64,000 nucleotides of DNA from Rhodospirillales bacterium (GTDB taxonomy: Bacteria > Pseudomonadota > Alphaproteobacteria > UBA828), in assembly GCA_028818855.1 (NCBI GenBank), contig JAPPMY010000192.1, positions 31,119-95,118 of the forward strand, given 5' to 3'. This document shows, piece by piece, positions 54,912 through 63,604 of the stretch. Numbering within the stretch: the first letter of the stretch is position 1; every line of letters starts with the position of its first letter. The translations under genes were made by a program, and so were the position numbers. The notes under the pieces were generated by a model. It saw nothing but the letters and a program-made list of their open reading frames with translations. It was not told where the DNA came from and made no database searches.

Positions 54912-55166
54912 TCAGAGGCCGCAGCAGCAGAGGCCCGCGGAGATCGCCTCGAGCTGCTCTTCGTTCAACTGCGCCTGAGGCGGCAGCGCCAGATGGACGG
55001 TCTGCATGTCGCTCTCGTGCACCTGGATCTCGATGTTGTCGGGGATCGTAATGCCGAATTCCTCGTGCATGACGCCCTTGGGATCCGACACGAGCCGGCT
55101 CCGGAACTCGGAATCCTCGACCGCCTTCTCCGTGAGATGGACGCGAATCTCTTCTGCAGACTTCAT
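54912..55166 (-). CDS. NHLP (nitrile-hydratase-like leader peptide) family RiPP precursor, 84 aa; predicted core LCCCGL
   Basis: ATG at residue 27 of ORF 54912..55244, 9 nt after GGAGGA. The leader MKSAEEIRVHLTEKAVEDSEFRSRLVSDPKGVMHEEFGITIPDNIEIQVHESDMQTVHLALPP fits the NHLP pattern. It ends in LNEEQLEAISAG (double-Gly-type site), followed by LCCCGL and the stop. Confidence 0.85.
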   Translation of the reverse strand: MKSAEEIRVHLTEKAVEDSEFRSRLVSDPKGVMHEEFGITIPDNIEIQVHESDMQTVHLALPPQAQLNEEQLEAISAGLCCCGL

Positions 55167-55560
55167 GGCCTTAGTTCCTCCATCGTGAGTCTCGGGGCAT
55201 GTAAGCGAGGCAGCGTTCGGCCGCGCTATGCCGACCTGTTCCACGTCTTATTGAAAGGAGCATCCCGAATCCAGAATTTTTTTTGTTGGGTCGGTATAAG
55301 AAAAGCATATGACCCCCCTGAAAAGGTCCAACCATTCCCTAATGGGCCGGCGCGGCGACATCGCCTTCGATCGGGGCTTCGAACCCGCGAGGGCCCGGTC
55401 GCCGCAGGGGATGTGGCGCCTCGCGACCATGCCGGCGCCGGTGACAGAAGCGGTCGAGGCGGGTATAGCAGACTGTCGTGACTCTCGTCGGGTCGGGCGT
55501 ACAGCCTGACCGCAGAGCGGCTGGAGACCGGCCGCACACGGCCAGAATGGACTGCAACCG

Positions 55561-56451
55561 GTGTTCACCAACCCGTTTCGAGACGAAGCCGCCGCCAGCC
55601 GGAACGAGCGCCAGCAGCTCGATCACTTGCTGCGCATCACCGCGCCCCACGAACGCATCATCCTGGTCGGCATCGCAGTGGTGTTGGTGGGGTTCGTGGC
55701 GTGGGCCTTTTTCGGCAGCATAGAGCGTGGCGTCACCCTCGACGGGGTCCTGATCGAGCCTGGCGCCCGTCACGAGGCGATCTCGTCCGAACCCGGCCAC
55801 CTCGTGGAGTTTCTGGTCTCTCCCGGGGACCGCGTCGCGGCCGGGGAGCCGATCGCACGGCAGACGGTTCCCGAGCTGGACCGCGAGGAGGCTGCCCTGC
55901 TCGAACGGGTTGCCCTGCTCGAGACGGAAGCCAGAGAGGCTGGCGCGGACAGCGATGCCTTGCGCCCTCTGCTGGACCAGGCACGCTCTGCATTGCTGCA
56001 GATGGAGGCGCGCCGCAGCGCGAGGGCGGCCATCGTCAGCACGAGCGGCGGCCAGATCGCGGCCCTCGGCGCCGCGCCCGGGGACTACCTGCCGGCGGGG
56101 ACGGCCGTCGCCCTGCTGCGCGAGGCGGCGGATGCGCCGCCCGAGGCAGTGCTGCGGGTTGCACCGGACGACGCGCAGCGCATCCGGCCGGGCATGCGGG
56201 CGTCGGTCAAGGTGGAGACAACCGAGGGCGAGCTGCGTCGGCTGGAGGGAACGGTCGCATCCGTCGCCGCCGGGCCGGTGCCGCGCTGGCTAGCGCCGTT
56301 GCTGCCGGCGGCGGCAGAACCCGGGCATCGGGTCGCAATCGCCCTCGACGAGGCGCCCGCCCCTGCCGTGCCGGACGGCACGCCCTGCCGGGTCCGTATC
56401 GAGCTCGGCCGGGACGCGCCGGCCGCGCTGCTCGCCCTCGGGCCATCCTGA
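55561..56451 (+). CDS. HlyD-family secretion adaptor (NHLP bacteriocin system type)
   Basis: GTG start per the ORF track. The N-terminus FTNPFRDEAAASRNERQQLDHLLRITAPHERIILVGIAVVLVGFVAWAFFG fits the lFR.eAl…LD.ll.vt.p pattern. Coiled-coil middle region. Its stop abuts the next ATG. Confidence 0.8.
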   Translation: MFTNPFRDEAAASRNERQQLDHLLRITAPHERIILVGIAVVLVGFVAWAFFGSIERGVTLDGVLIEPGARHEAISSEPGHLVEFLVSPGDRVAAGEPIARQTVPELDREEAALLERVALLETEAREAGADSDALRPLLDQARSALLQMEARRSARAAIVSTSGGQIAALGAAPGDYLPAGTAVALLREAADAPPEAVLRVAPDDAQRIRPGMRASVKVETTEGELRRLEGTVASVAAGPVPRWLAPLLPAAAEPGHRVAIALDEAPAPAVPDGTPCRVRIELGRDAPAALLALGPS

Positions 56452-58674
56452 ATGCTCCGGCGCGGCGCGAAAGGGCCGGCGGACGCGGATAAGAAGCCGA
56501 CGGCGGAGCCCGTGAAGCGGCGCGTGACCACGCCGCTCCTGCTGCAGATGCACGCGACCGAGTGCGGCGCCGCGTGCCTCGGCAGCGTGCTTGCCTTCTT
56601 CGGGCGCTGGGTGCCGCTCACCGAGCTGCGCGTCAAGTGCGAGGTCAGCCGGGACGGCTCCAGCGCCGCCGGCATCGCGCGGGCAGCCAGGCATTTCGGC
56701 CTCGAGTGCTCCGGCCGCAGCGTGACCCTGAACCAGCTCAGGAAACTGCCGCTGCCACTCATCCTGTTCTGGGACTTCAACCACTTCCTCATTCTGGAAG
56801 GGTTCGATCGCAATCGGTTCTATCTCAACGATCCGTCCACGGGCCGCCGGTCGCTCTCCGAGAAGGAGTTCAGCCAGGGGTTCACCGGGGTCGCGCTGCA
56901 ATTCAAGCCCGGTCCGGACTTCGAGCGCGGCGGCGCGCGCCCCAACATCCTGCAACGGCTCCCGTTCTGGCTCGGCGGCACCGGGGGCACGCTGGCCTAC
57001 ACGGTCGCGTGCGGCTTGATGCTGGCCATCCTGGCGCTGGCGACGCCGGCGCTGCTCGCCATCTTCGTGGACCGCGTGCTGGGGGAGAACGAGCCCTGGA
57101 CGGCGCTCGTGGCCGGCACCATGGTTGCCGCCGCCGCTCTCGTGTACGGCCTTACCTGGCTCAAGAGGCGTTGCCTGCAGCGCCTGTCCGTCAAGATTTC
57201 GGTAACGGCCGGGAATCGCTGCATGTCCCAGCTGCTGCGATTGCCGGTGGATTTCTTCAGTCACCGGCTGGTCGGCGAGCTGACGGGGCGCGTGCTGTCC
57301 GTCGACAGGATCGCCAAGGGTGTCTCCGAGCACTTACTGTCGCTCCTGATCGAAGTCGTGATGAGCGTGGTGTTTCTGGCCGCCATGCTCGCCTTCGATC
57401 CAGTCCTGGGATTGATCGTGTTGGGCCTTGCGGTGGTGAACGGGGCGCTCGTGCGCATCCTCACGCGCATCCGCACCGACAAGAGCCATGCCCTGCGGCG
57501 CGAGCAGGGGCTCCTGGTGGGTGTCGGCACCCTGATGGTGCATCAGACGGACACCCTGCGGATGACCGCCTCCGACGATCGCTTCTTCAACCGCTGGAGC
57601 GGCCATCAGGCGCGCGAGCTGATCGCGCGCCAGCGCTTCGCCGAGATCGGTCACATCAACGCGGCATTGCCGGGCCTCTTCATGGTCCTGGGAAACGCGG
57701 CGGTGCTGACCTTCGGCGCGACCCAGGTCATGGCCGGCGAGCTGACCCTGGGCATGCTGGTGGGCTTCTACATCGTGGCGTCCATGTTCCTGGCGCCGGT
57801 GGCGCGCTTGGTCGAGTTCGCCGACGAGCGTCAGGCGCTCGAGGCCGACATGCAGCGCCTCGACGACATCACGAAGAGCCCGGACGAAGCGGGAGCGGAC
57901 GAGCGGCCGCCGTCTTCGGACGCCATCGCCACGTTCAACGGCCGGCTGCAACTGGCCGGCCGGGTGGAACTGCGCGACGTGACCTTCGGCTACAACCGGG
58001 CGCGCCCGCCGCTAATCAAGGACTTCAGCTTGACCATCAAGCCGGGGCAGCGGGTCGCGGTGGTGGGCCCCAGCGGATCCGGCAAGTCGACGGTGTCGCG
58101 CCTGGTTTCCGGCATCTACGAGCCCTGGTCCGGCGACATCCTGTTCGACGGCTCCCCGCGCGACGACATTCCCGGCGACGTTCTATCGCGCTCGCTCTCG
58201 ATGGTGGATCAGCACGTCTCCCTCTTCTCCGCGACCGTGCGCGACAACATCACCTTGTGGAATCCCTCGGTCCCCGACGACAGCGTGGTCGCCGCGGCCA
58301 GGGACGCCTGCATCCACGACGAAATCCTCAGCCGGCCGCTGGGCTACGCGACGCCGGTGGACGAGGACGGGGGCAACTTCAGCGGCGGCCAGCGGCAACG
58401 GCTGGAGATCGCCCGTGCGCTGGTGGGCAACCCGACGGTGCTGGTCCTGGACGAGGCCACTAGCGCGCTCGATGCCGCGACAGAGGAGCGCGTCGACGAT
58501 GCGCTGCGGCGGCGGGGGGTGAGCTGCCTGATCGTCGCGCACCGGCTGAGCACGATCCGGGACTGCGACCAGATCATCGTTCTCGACAAGGGCGAGGAAG
58601 TGCAGCGCGGCACCCACGACGAACTGATGGCGGACGAAGCCGGCGCCTACTACCGGCTCGTCAAGGCGGGCTGA
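56452..58674 (+). CDS. bacteriocin-type ABC exporter with N-terminal C39 peptidase domain (peptidase/permease/ATPase)
   Basis: C39 domain LLQMHATECGAACLGSVL (catalytic Cys) … FWDFNHFLILEG (His). Six TM segments. Walker A GPSGSGKST, signature FSGGQRQRLEIARAL and Walker B VLVLDEATSALD. Confidence 0.9.
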   Translation: MLRRGAKGPADADKKPTAEPVKRRVTTPLLLQMHATECGAACLGSVLAFFGRWVPLTELRVKCEVSRDGSSAAGIARAARHFGLECSGRSVTLNQLRKLPLPLILFWDFNHFLILEGFDRNRFYLNDPSTGRRSLSEKEFSQGFTGVALQFKPGPDFERGGARPNILQRLPFWLGGTGGTLAYTVACGLMLAILALATPALLAIFVDRVLGENEPWTALVAGTMVAAAALVYGLTWLKRRCLQRLSVKISVTAGNRCMSQLLRLPVDFFSHRLVGELTGRVLSVDRIAKGVSEHLLSLLIEVVMSVVFLAAMLAFDPVLGLIVLGLAVVNGALVRILTRIRTDKSHALRREQGLLVGVGTLMVHQTDTLRMTASDDRFFNRWSGHQARELIARQRFAEIGHINAALPGLFMVLGNAAVLTFGATQVMAGELTLGMLVGFYIVASMFLAPVARLVEFADERQALEADMQRLDDITKSPDEAGADERPPSSDAIATFNGRLQLAGRVELRDVTFGYNRARPPLIKDFSLTIKPGQRVAVVGPSGSGKSTVSRLVSGIYEPWSGDILFDGSPRDDIPGDVLSRSLSMVDQHVSLFSATVRDNITLWNPSVPDDSVVAAARDACIHDEILSRPLGYATPVDEDGGNFSGGQRQRLEIARALVGNPTVLVLDEATSALDAATEERVDDALRRRGVSCLIVAHRLSTIRDCDQIIVLDKGEEVQRGTHDELMADEAGAYYRLVKAG

Positions 58675-58678
58675 CCCG

Positions 58679-61600
58679 ATGGCGACGGCGGAACCCGGCG
58701 CGCTCGCCCGGCTCGCAGCCGAGGCCGGGACGCCCGTGCCCTGCGCCGGCAATCTGCCGCTTGACATGGGCGATCCGCAGTTTGCCTGGTTCGTCGACGA
58801 GGGCGCAGTGGACCTCTTCCTCGTCGAGTATCGGGAGGGGGTCGAGCATGCGGCGCCGCAACACCTGCTGCGCGCCGATTCCGGCCGCCTGCTGCCGGGT
58901 GTCGCGCCGCAGGCTGAGCACACCACGCTCCGCCTGATCGCAAAGGGATTGCCGGGCACCGTGCTGCGGCGCCTCCCGGTCGCGAGCCTCGATGCGGTCG
59001 ACAGCACAGAACTGGCGGCGCACGTGGATGCGTGGATCATGGACATGTCTGCCATGCTCGTCCGCGACGTCGCGAACTCCCCGCGCGCGGAAATCTTCAT
59101 CGAGCCGGGCGAGGCGCCCGCGGCGAGCAGCGGCACGCTCGCAGCCCGGCGGGGCGTAGTGTGGGTGACGGTGGCGAAGGGCACGGGACTCTTTCTCGGT
59201 CTCATCGATGCGGTGGAGAGCAGTGTGGACGGCGGGGCCGCGCCGGCCGATATCCCGCTCACGACGATGACTTGGCTCGCGCTGTCGGAAGCGCTGCTAC
59301 TTTCCGCCCGATCCTCCGAGACGCTCGCCGAGGAGGGCAAGCTGCTTCCCGCCCTCGCGGGCTTCCATGAAGTGGCGTTCGACCTGGAACGGCTCAACCG
59401 CAGCCTTGCGGTCGTCGACCAGGCGAACCTGGAACGCGCACGCGCGACCAACCGCCGCGCCGACGAGGACAACGCGCGGCATCGCCTGTTCAACCTCTAT
59501 GGCCTGGCCAGAGACGTGGAAGCCGGGGCCGGCGATACGGCGCTGCGCGACGCGCTGCGAACGATTGGGCGCCACGAGGGGATCGATTTCAAGTGGCCGG
59601 CGGTGACGGAGGCGTCCGATCCCGTCGCCCTCCTCGGCGATGTCCTGGATGCCTCCGGTGTGCGCGCCCGCCGCGTGCGCCTCGCCCGGGACGACAGGTG
59701 GTGGATCGGCAATTCCGGTGCGATGCTGGCGTTCCGAGAAGACGACGGGCGCCCCGTGGCGCTGCTGCCGGGCGTGCTGGGCCGCTACCGGGAGGTCGAT
59801 CCCCGCGACGGGCGCAGCAAACGCATCACGGCCAGGCGCGCCGAATCGCTCCGCACCGAGGCGTGGTTGTTCTATCAGCCGCTCACGGCCGCGAGCGCCG
59901 GATTGCGGGATCTGTTCCGGCTCGCGCAAAAGGGGCTCGGCGTCGAGGTCGCGCGCTTCGTCGCGGCCGGGCTTCTGGGCGGTCTCGTCATGCTCTTGCC
60001 GGCCATCGTGCTCGGTTTCGTCGCGGACGACGTCATCCCGGGCGGCGAAGCCGGCCCGCTGTACGCGGTGACCGCCGTGCTGGTCGCGGTCGCCCTGATT
60101 GGGGCGCTGCTGCACGTCCTGCAGGGATTCGCCCTGATGCGGATCGAGGGACGGGTTGCGTCGCGGGCCGAAGCCGCGTTCTGGGATCGTCTGCTCCGGC
60201 TCCCTCCGAGCTTTCTCCATCGCTATCCGGCCGGCGATCTCGCCATGCGGGGCATGACCTTCCAGAACCTGCGCGACGCCGTGCACGGCGTAGTTGCCAA
60301 CGCCGTGCTCTCGGTCGCCTTCCTGCTGCCCGCATTCATCCTCATCGTCTTCTACGACGCGACGCTGGCCGGCATCGCCGCAGCCTTCGGCCTGGTTTCC
60401 CTGATCGTGACGGTGGCCCTCGGTCTCAGGCAGATCCCGCCGCACGGCATCGTGTTGCGTGCCACGCATCGCCTGGCCGGCCGGCTCTTCCAACTCATCA
60501 ACGGCATTTCCACGCTCCGCGTCGAGGGCGCCGAAGGCTCGGCGTTCGCGGTCTGGGCGCGGGACTATCGCGACCAGAAGCATGCGGAGCTGCAACGCGG
60601 CGCCTTCGAAGGGCATCTGCAGGCGCTCAGCGCCGCGCTGCCGCTGGTGGCGGGCGCCGTGCTGCTCGTCGCCGTGACGCTGCCGGACGACAGGACGATC
60701 GCGATCGGCGACTTCCTCGTGGTCTACACCATGTTCATGGTGTTTCAGGCAGCGGTGGCGCGGCTCGGCGCATCGTTCGGCGCCGTCGCGGCCATCATGC
60801 CGGCGCTGGATCAGGTCCGGCCGTTGCTCGCCGAAGCCCCGGAGACGAGCGCCGAGGGAGAACCCGTGGAGACGCTGGGCGGCGACATCGCCTTCGACCA
60901 CGTCAGCTTTCGCTACAACCCCGACGGGCCGCTGATCCTCGATGACGTCTCGATTCGCGCGCGCCCCGGCGAGTTCGTCGCCATCGCCGGTGAATCGGGA
61001 GCCGGCAAGAGCACGCTGTTCCGCCTTGCCCTCGGCCTGGACGAGCCGTCCGGCGGCGCGGTGTATTACGACGGCCGCGACCTCAGGCACCTCAACGTCA
61101 AGCAGGTGCGCCGGCGCATCGGCGCGGTGCCGCAGGCCGTGCAGCTGCACCCGGAAGACGTGTGGGACAACATCGTCGGCGACCACGAGGACGCGACCGA
61201 GGAGGATGCCTGGCGGGCCGCCCGGCTCGCGGCTGTCGACAAGGAGATAGCGGCGATGCCCATGGGGATGCTGACCTGCGTGGGCGCCAGCGCCAGCGTC
61301 ACCTCGGGAGGCGAGAGCCAGCGCATCGTCATCGCCCACGCGCTGCTGCGCAACCCCCGCATCCTGCTGCTGGACGAGGCGACGAATTGGCTCGACAACG
61401 ACAGCCAAGCCAGGGTCATGCAGAACCTGGGCCAGCTAACGTCGACGCGGATCGTCATCGCCCACCGCCTCTCCACGCTGCGCCAGGCGGATCGCATCTA
61501 CGTGATGCAGGCCGGAAGGGTGGTCGACGAAGGGTCCTATGCGGATCTGGTCGAGCGCGAGGGCGTCTTTCGAAATCTGGTTCGCCGGCAGCTAGTCTGA
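58679..61600 (+). CDS. second ABC exporter subunit (permease/ATPase) with a long N-terminal cNMP-binding-like region, NHLP export-system type
   Basis: 973 aa. N-terminal FAWFVDEGAVDLFLVEYREG…. TM domain. Walker A GESGAGKST, a degenerate signature TSGGESQRIVIAHAL and Walker B ILLLDEATNWLD. Confidence 0.85.
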   Translation: MATAEPGALARLAAEAGTPVPCAGNLPLDMGDPQFAWFVDEGAVDLFLVEYREGVEHAAPQHLLRADSGRLLPGVAPQAEHTTLRLIAKGLPGTVLRRLPVASLDAVDSTELAAHVDAWIMDMSAMLVRDVANSPRAEIFIEPGEAPAASSGTLAARRGVVWVTVAKGTGLFLGLIDAVESSVDGGAAPADIPLTTMTWLALSEALLLSARSSETLAEEGKLLPALAGFHEVAFDLERLNRSLAVVDQANLERARATNRRADEDNARHRLFNLYGLARDVEAGAGDTALRDALRTIGRHEGIDFKWPAVTEASDPVALLGDVLDASGVRARRVRLARDDRWWIGNSGAMLAFREDDGRPVALLPGVLGRYREVDPRDGRSKRITARRAESLRTEAWLFYQPLTAASAGLRDLFRLAQKGLGVEVARFVAAGLLGGLVMLLPAIVLGFVADDVIPGGEAGPLYAVTAVLVAVALIGALLHVLQGFALMRIEGRVASRAEAAFWDRLLRLPPSFLHRYPAGDLAMRGMTFQNLRDAVHGVVANAVLSVAFLLPAFILIVFYDATLAGIAAAFGLVSLIVTVALGLRQIPPHGIVLRATHRLAGRLFQLINGISTLRVEGAEGSAFAVWARDYRDQKHAELQRGAFEGHLQALSAALPLVAGAVLLVAVTLPDDRTIAIGDFLVVYTMFMVFQAAVARLGASFGAVAAIMPALDQVRPLLAEAPETSAEGEPVETLGGDIAFDHVSFRYNPDGPLILDDVSIRARPGEFVAIAGESGAGKSTLFRLALGLDEPSGGAVYYDGRDLRHLNVKQVRRRIGAVPQAVQLHPEDVWDNIVGDHEDATEEDAWRAARLAAVDKEIAAMPMGMLTCVGASASVTSGGESQRIVIAHALLRNPRILLLDEATNWLDNDSQARVMQNLGQLTSTRIVIAHRLSTLRQADRIYVMQAGRVVDEGSYADLVEREGVFRNLVRRQLV

Positions 61601-61649
61601 CCGGCCACCGGGCACGCGTGAGATTGGACCGGCGTCGGACACGAGCCCG

Positions 61650-61719
61650 CGTTCGGGTCTGGAGAAGTGCCGCATGCATGATTGCGACCCTGCTTGATCG
61701 TCTTACCCACCGTTGCTAG
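61650..61719 (+). pseudogene. IS21-family IstB helper ATPase fragment, cut off at the repeat boundary (approximate)
   Basis: The frame of ORF 61162..61719 ends …VWRSAACMIATLLDRLTHRC*. The LDRLtHrc motif normally continues (HI.e.g.eSyR…). Here TAG (61717-61719) belongs to the first bases of repeat copy B. Confidence 0.4.
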
Positions 61720-62184
61720 CCCGGATTTCAGATATCGGCAACTTGGCTCAGTTCCATAGTGCATTGCAATAAAACAGTAAATCGCCTTCGTTTGGGAGTC
61801 CAGGAACGCGTGTTGCAGGACCGGTCACCAAATCGAATTCGATGTTTTTTAGTGTGTCGACGATCACGGGCTCCAAGTGGCGGCAGATGACCGTCTTCGC
61901 ACCTGTCGGCAACTTTCGTGCGGTCGCGCGGGGCGACGGCGATGAGGCCGGCACGTGTCCACCCCGTCCAGGGTAAAGCCGGGCAGGGAACGGGCGGCTC
62001 ACCGGGAGGCGCCATCGCCCGCAAAGCGACCGGATTGGCCCGCTGACGAGTGTCGGTCGTACCGTGGCGAACGGGGCTACTCTACCGTATCGGGCTTCGT
62101 TTCCAATCCCTCCGGAGTTGCCAGACCCACAATTGGCCGTTCCAGCGATCGGTCAGGATGCGCGGACGAGCTTGAGGTGGTCGG
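61715..62184 (+). repeat. Unclassified ~470-bp non-coding element, copy B (right flank of the RiPP island)
   Basis: Ungapped alignment to 41221-41690 in the same orientation. The conserved block 62042-62120 includes the hairpin CCGTGGCGAACGG. Confidence 0.7.
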
Positions 62185-62418
62185 AGAGCGCTCCTGTTCA
62201 ACGATGCGACCTCTCGGGGAATCTGCGGGCTACGCGGGATGCCTACTCTCGAGCGGTCCTCGGTTGCGATGGCGTAACCGGGCCGATGTCCCCTCAGGCC
62301 TGGGGAGAGAGGTCGGCTCCGGAGTCGTGGATTGCGATCGGTGATCGCGATCGTTTCCCGACGATTGCGAAGCCGCGCCGGCAGAGGTCTCGGCTGATGC
62401 AGCCTTCGGCTGTCAGCG

Positions 62419-62745
62419 TTGCAATCAGTTCCGGTGTCGGGGCAAATTCCTCAAGGATCACGAGTTCGAATTCCAGTGTGGGCTTTACGTCATGCCCCTT
62501 CCCCGTGCAGGTCCTCTGTGACAGCTTGGCGGACCTCTTCGGCAGTTACGAGACCCGGAGATAGTGGAGGCAGAATAATCTTGAAGCACGGTTATCTCGT
62601 GGGCATCGCATCGAAGGGCCTTTCTGTAGAACCGCGAGGAGCTGGATTTGCGCCACGCTACGCCGGTGTCGATGTGATCACAATAGTAGGAGCATTGACA
62701 GAACTGGGATTGGACATGCGTGCATCGTTCGAAAATCTGGAGTAA
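62419..62745 (+). pseudogene. trypsin-like (S1) serine peptidase C-terminal remnant
   Basis: ORF 62419..62745 contains TRPGDSGGRIILKHGYLVGIASKG (active-site GDSGG at 62557-62571, plus the G.LvGI.S.G strand). The His/Asp-bearing N-terminal part is not in frame upstream. Confidence 0.45.
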
Positions 62746-62841
62746 ATGCATGCGGTTCGAGGTATCTCGCTTTATAAATTGTAATGTGCGCGGTGCGACG
62801 GACTACTGTCCATGAAAAATGGTTGCGTAACGACGTGGAAA

Positions 62842-63478
62842 TTATTCGCTTCCATTGTCGTCAACCTCCTTCCAAAGCTTAAATCTGAATTGGACATCAA
62901 TGCGATTCTCTATTTGCTGGGGCGTGGCACCTGATCGGTTTACGTAATATGCCCAAATGAAGGACATTGTTTCCGGATTTCGAGCCGCATGGTAGTCTAA
63001 CGTAAACTTTGCCACGTTCGTCAAAATCAAGTAGCACTCCATTGGTTTGGTGGCTATCTCCATATTGATTTAGGCCCCATGGAAAAATGAAGTCAGTGTT
63101 GCCTTCGGTAATCTTGTAGTGAACAGTGGTCAATGTAGGGAGTCCGACGAATCCAATATTGTGGTCGTATACTTGACAATTTTGCTGCAAATAAAACCAC
63201 CCGATATCGTACGATGGTTTCGGAAATGCATCTAACATATTCTTCCTAAAGTCGGATCTATTTGCGATATTTGAGGCGATTTCATCGACGCCAACATCTG
63301 TCTCCGCTAACCCCGAAAGGGTCCCCAGCCTGTCTCTCATCAATCTAACTTCGCGAAGCAGATCTTCCGCCTCATGTTGGGAGTGCTTTGCATTAGTTAC
63401 GGAATCTTTTGCTTCTGTGGTAGTATTGAAGATCGTCTCCGCCGCCGCCGAATATGCTTCTTGATAGGCTTTGGTCAC
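62842..63478 (-). pseudogene. low-GC hypothetical gene split by one frameshift (ORFs 62897..63478 and 62842..63063)
   Basis: Both frames look protein-like up to and after about 62985-62995 (…DFDERGKVYVRL / DYHAARNPETMSFIWAYYVNR…). The N-terminus is coiled-coil-like. A sequencing error cannot be excluded. Confidence 0.45.
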
Positions 63479-63604
63479 GATGGGCGTAGCTGGATACGCC
63501 GGAGATGTTGGGGGAATCGACCGAATGGGTTGAGAGGACGTTGAGGGCTATGGCGGTGGGCTGACCAGGGGGCATGTTTGTGGCTCTGTCTGTCTCGTTC
63601 ATTT

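Noticed and set aside
55245-55560. Additional precursor peptides or small ORFs between the precursor and HlyD genes (for example 55309..55509 +).
   Set aside because: The translations lack an NHLP/Nif11-like leader, a double-Gly motif and a Cys/Ser/Thr-rich tail. The region is better explained as divergent promoters.
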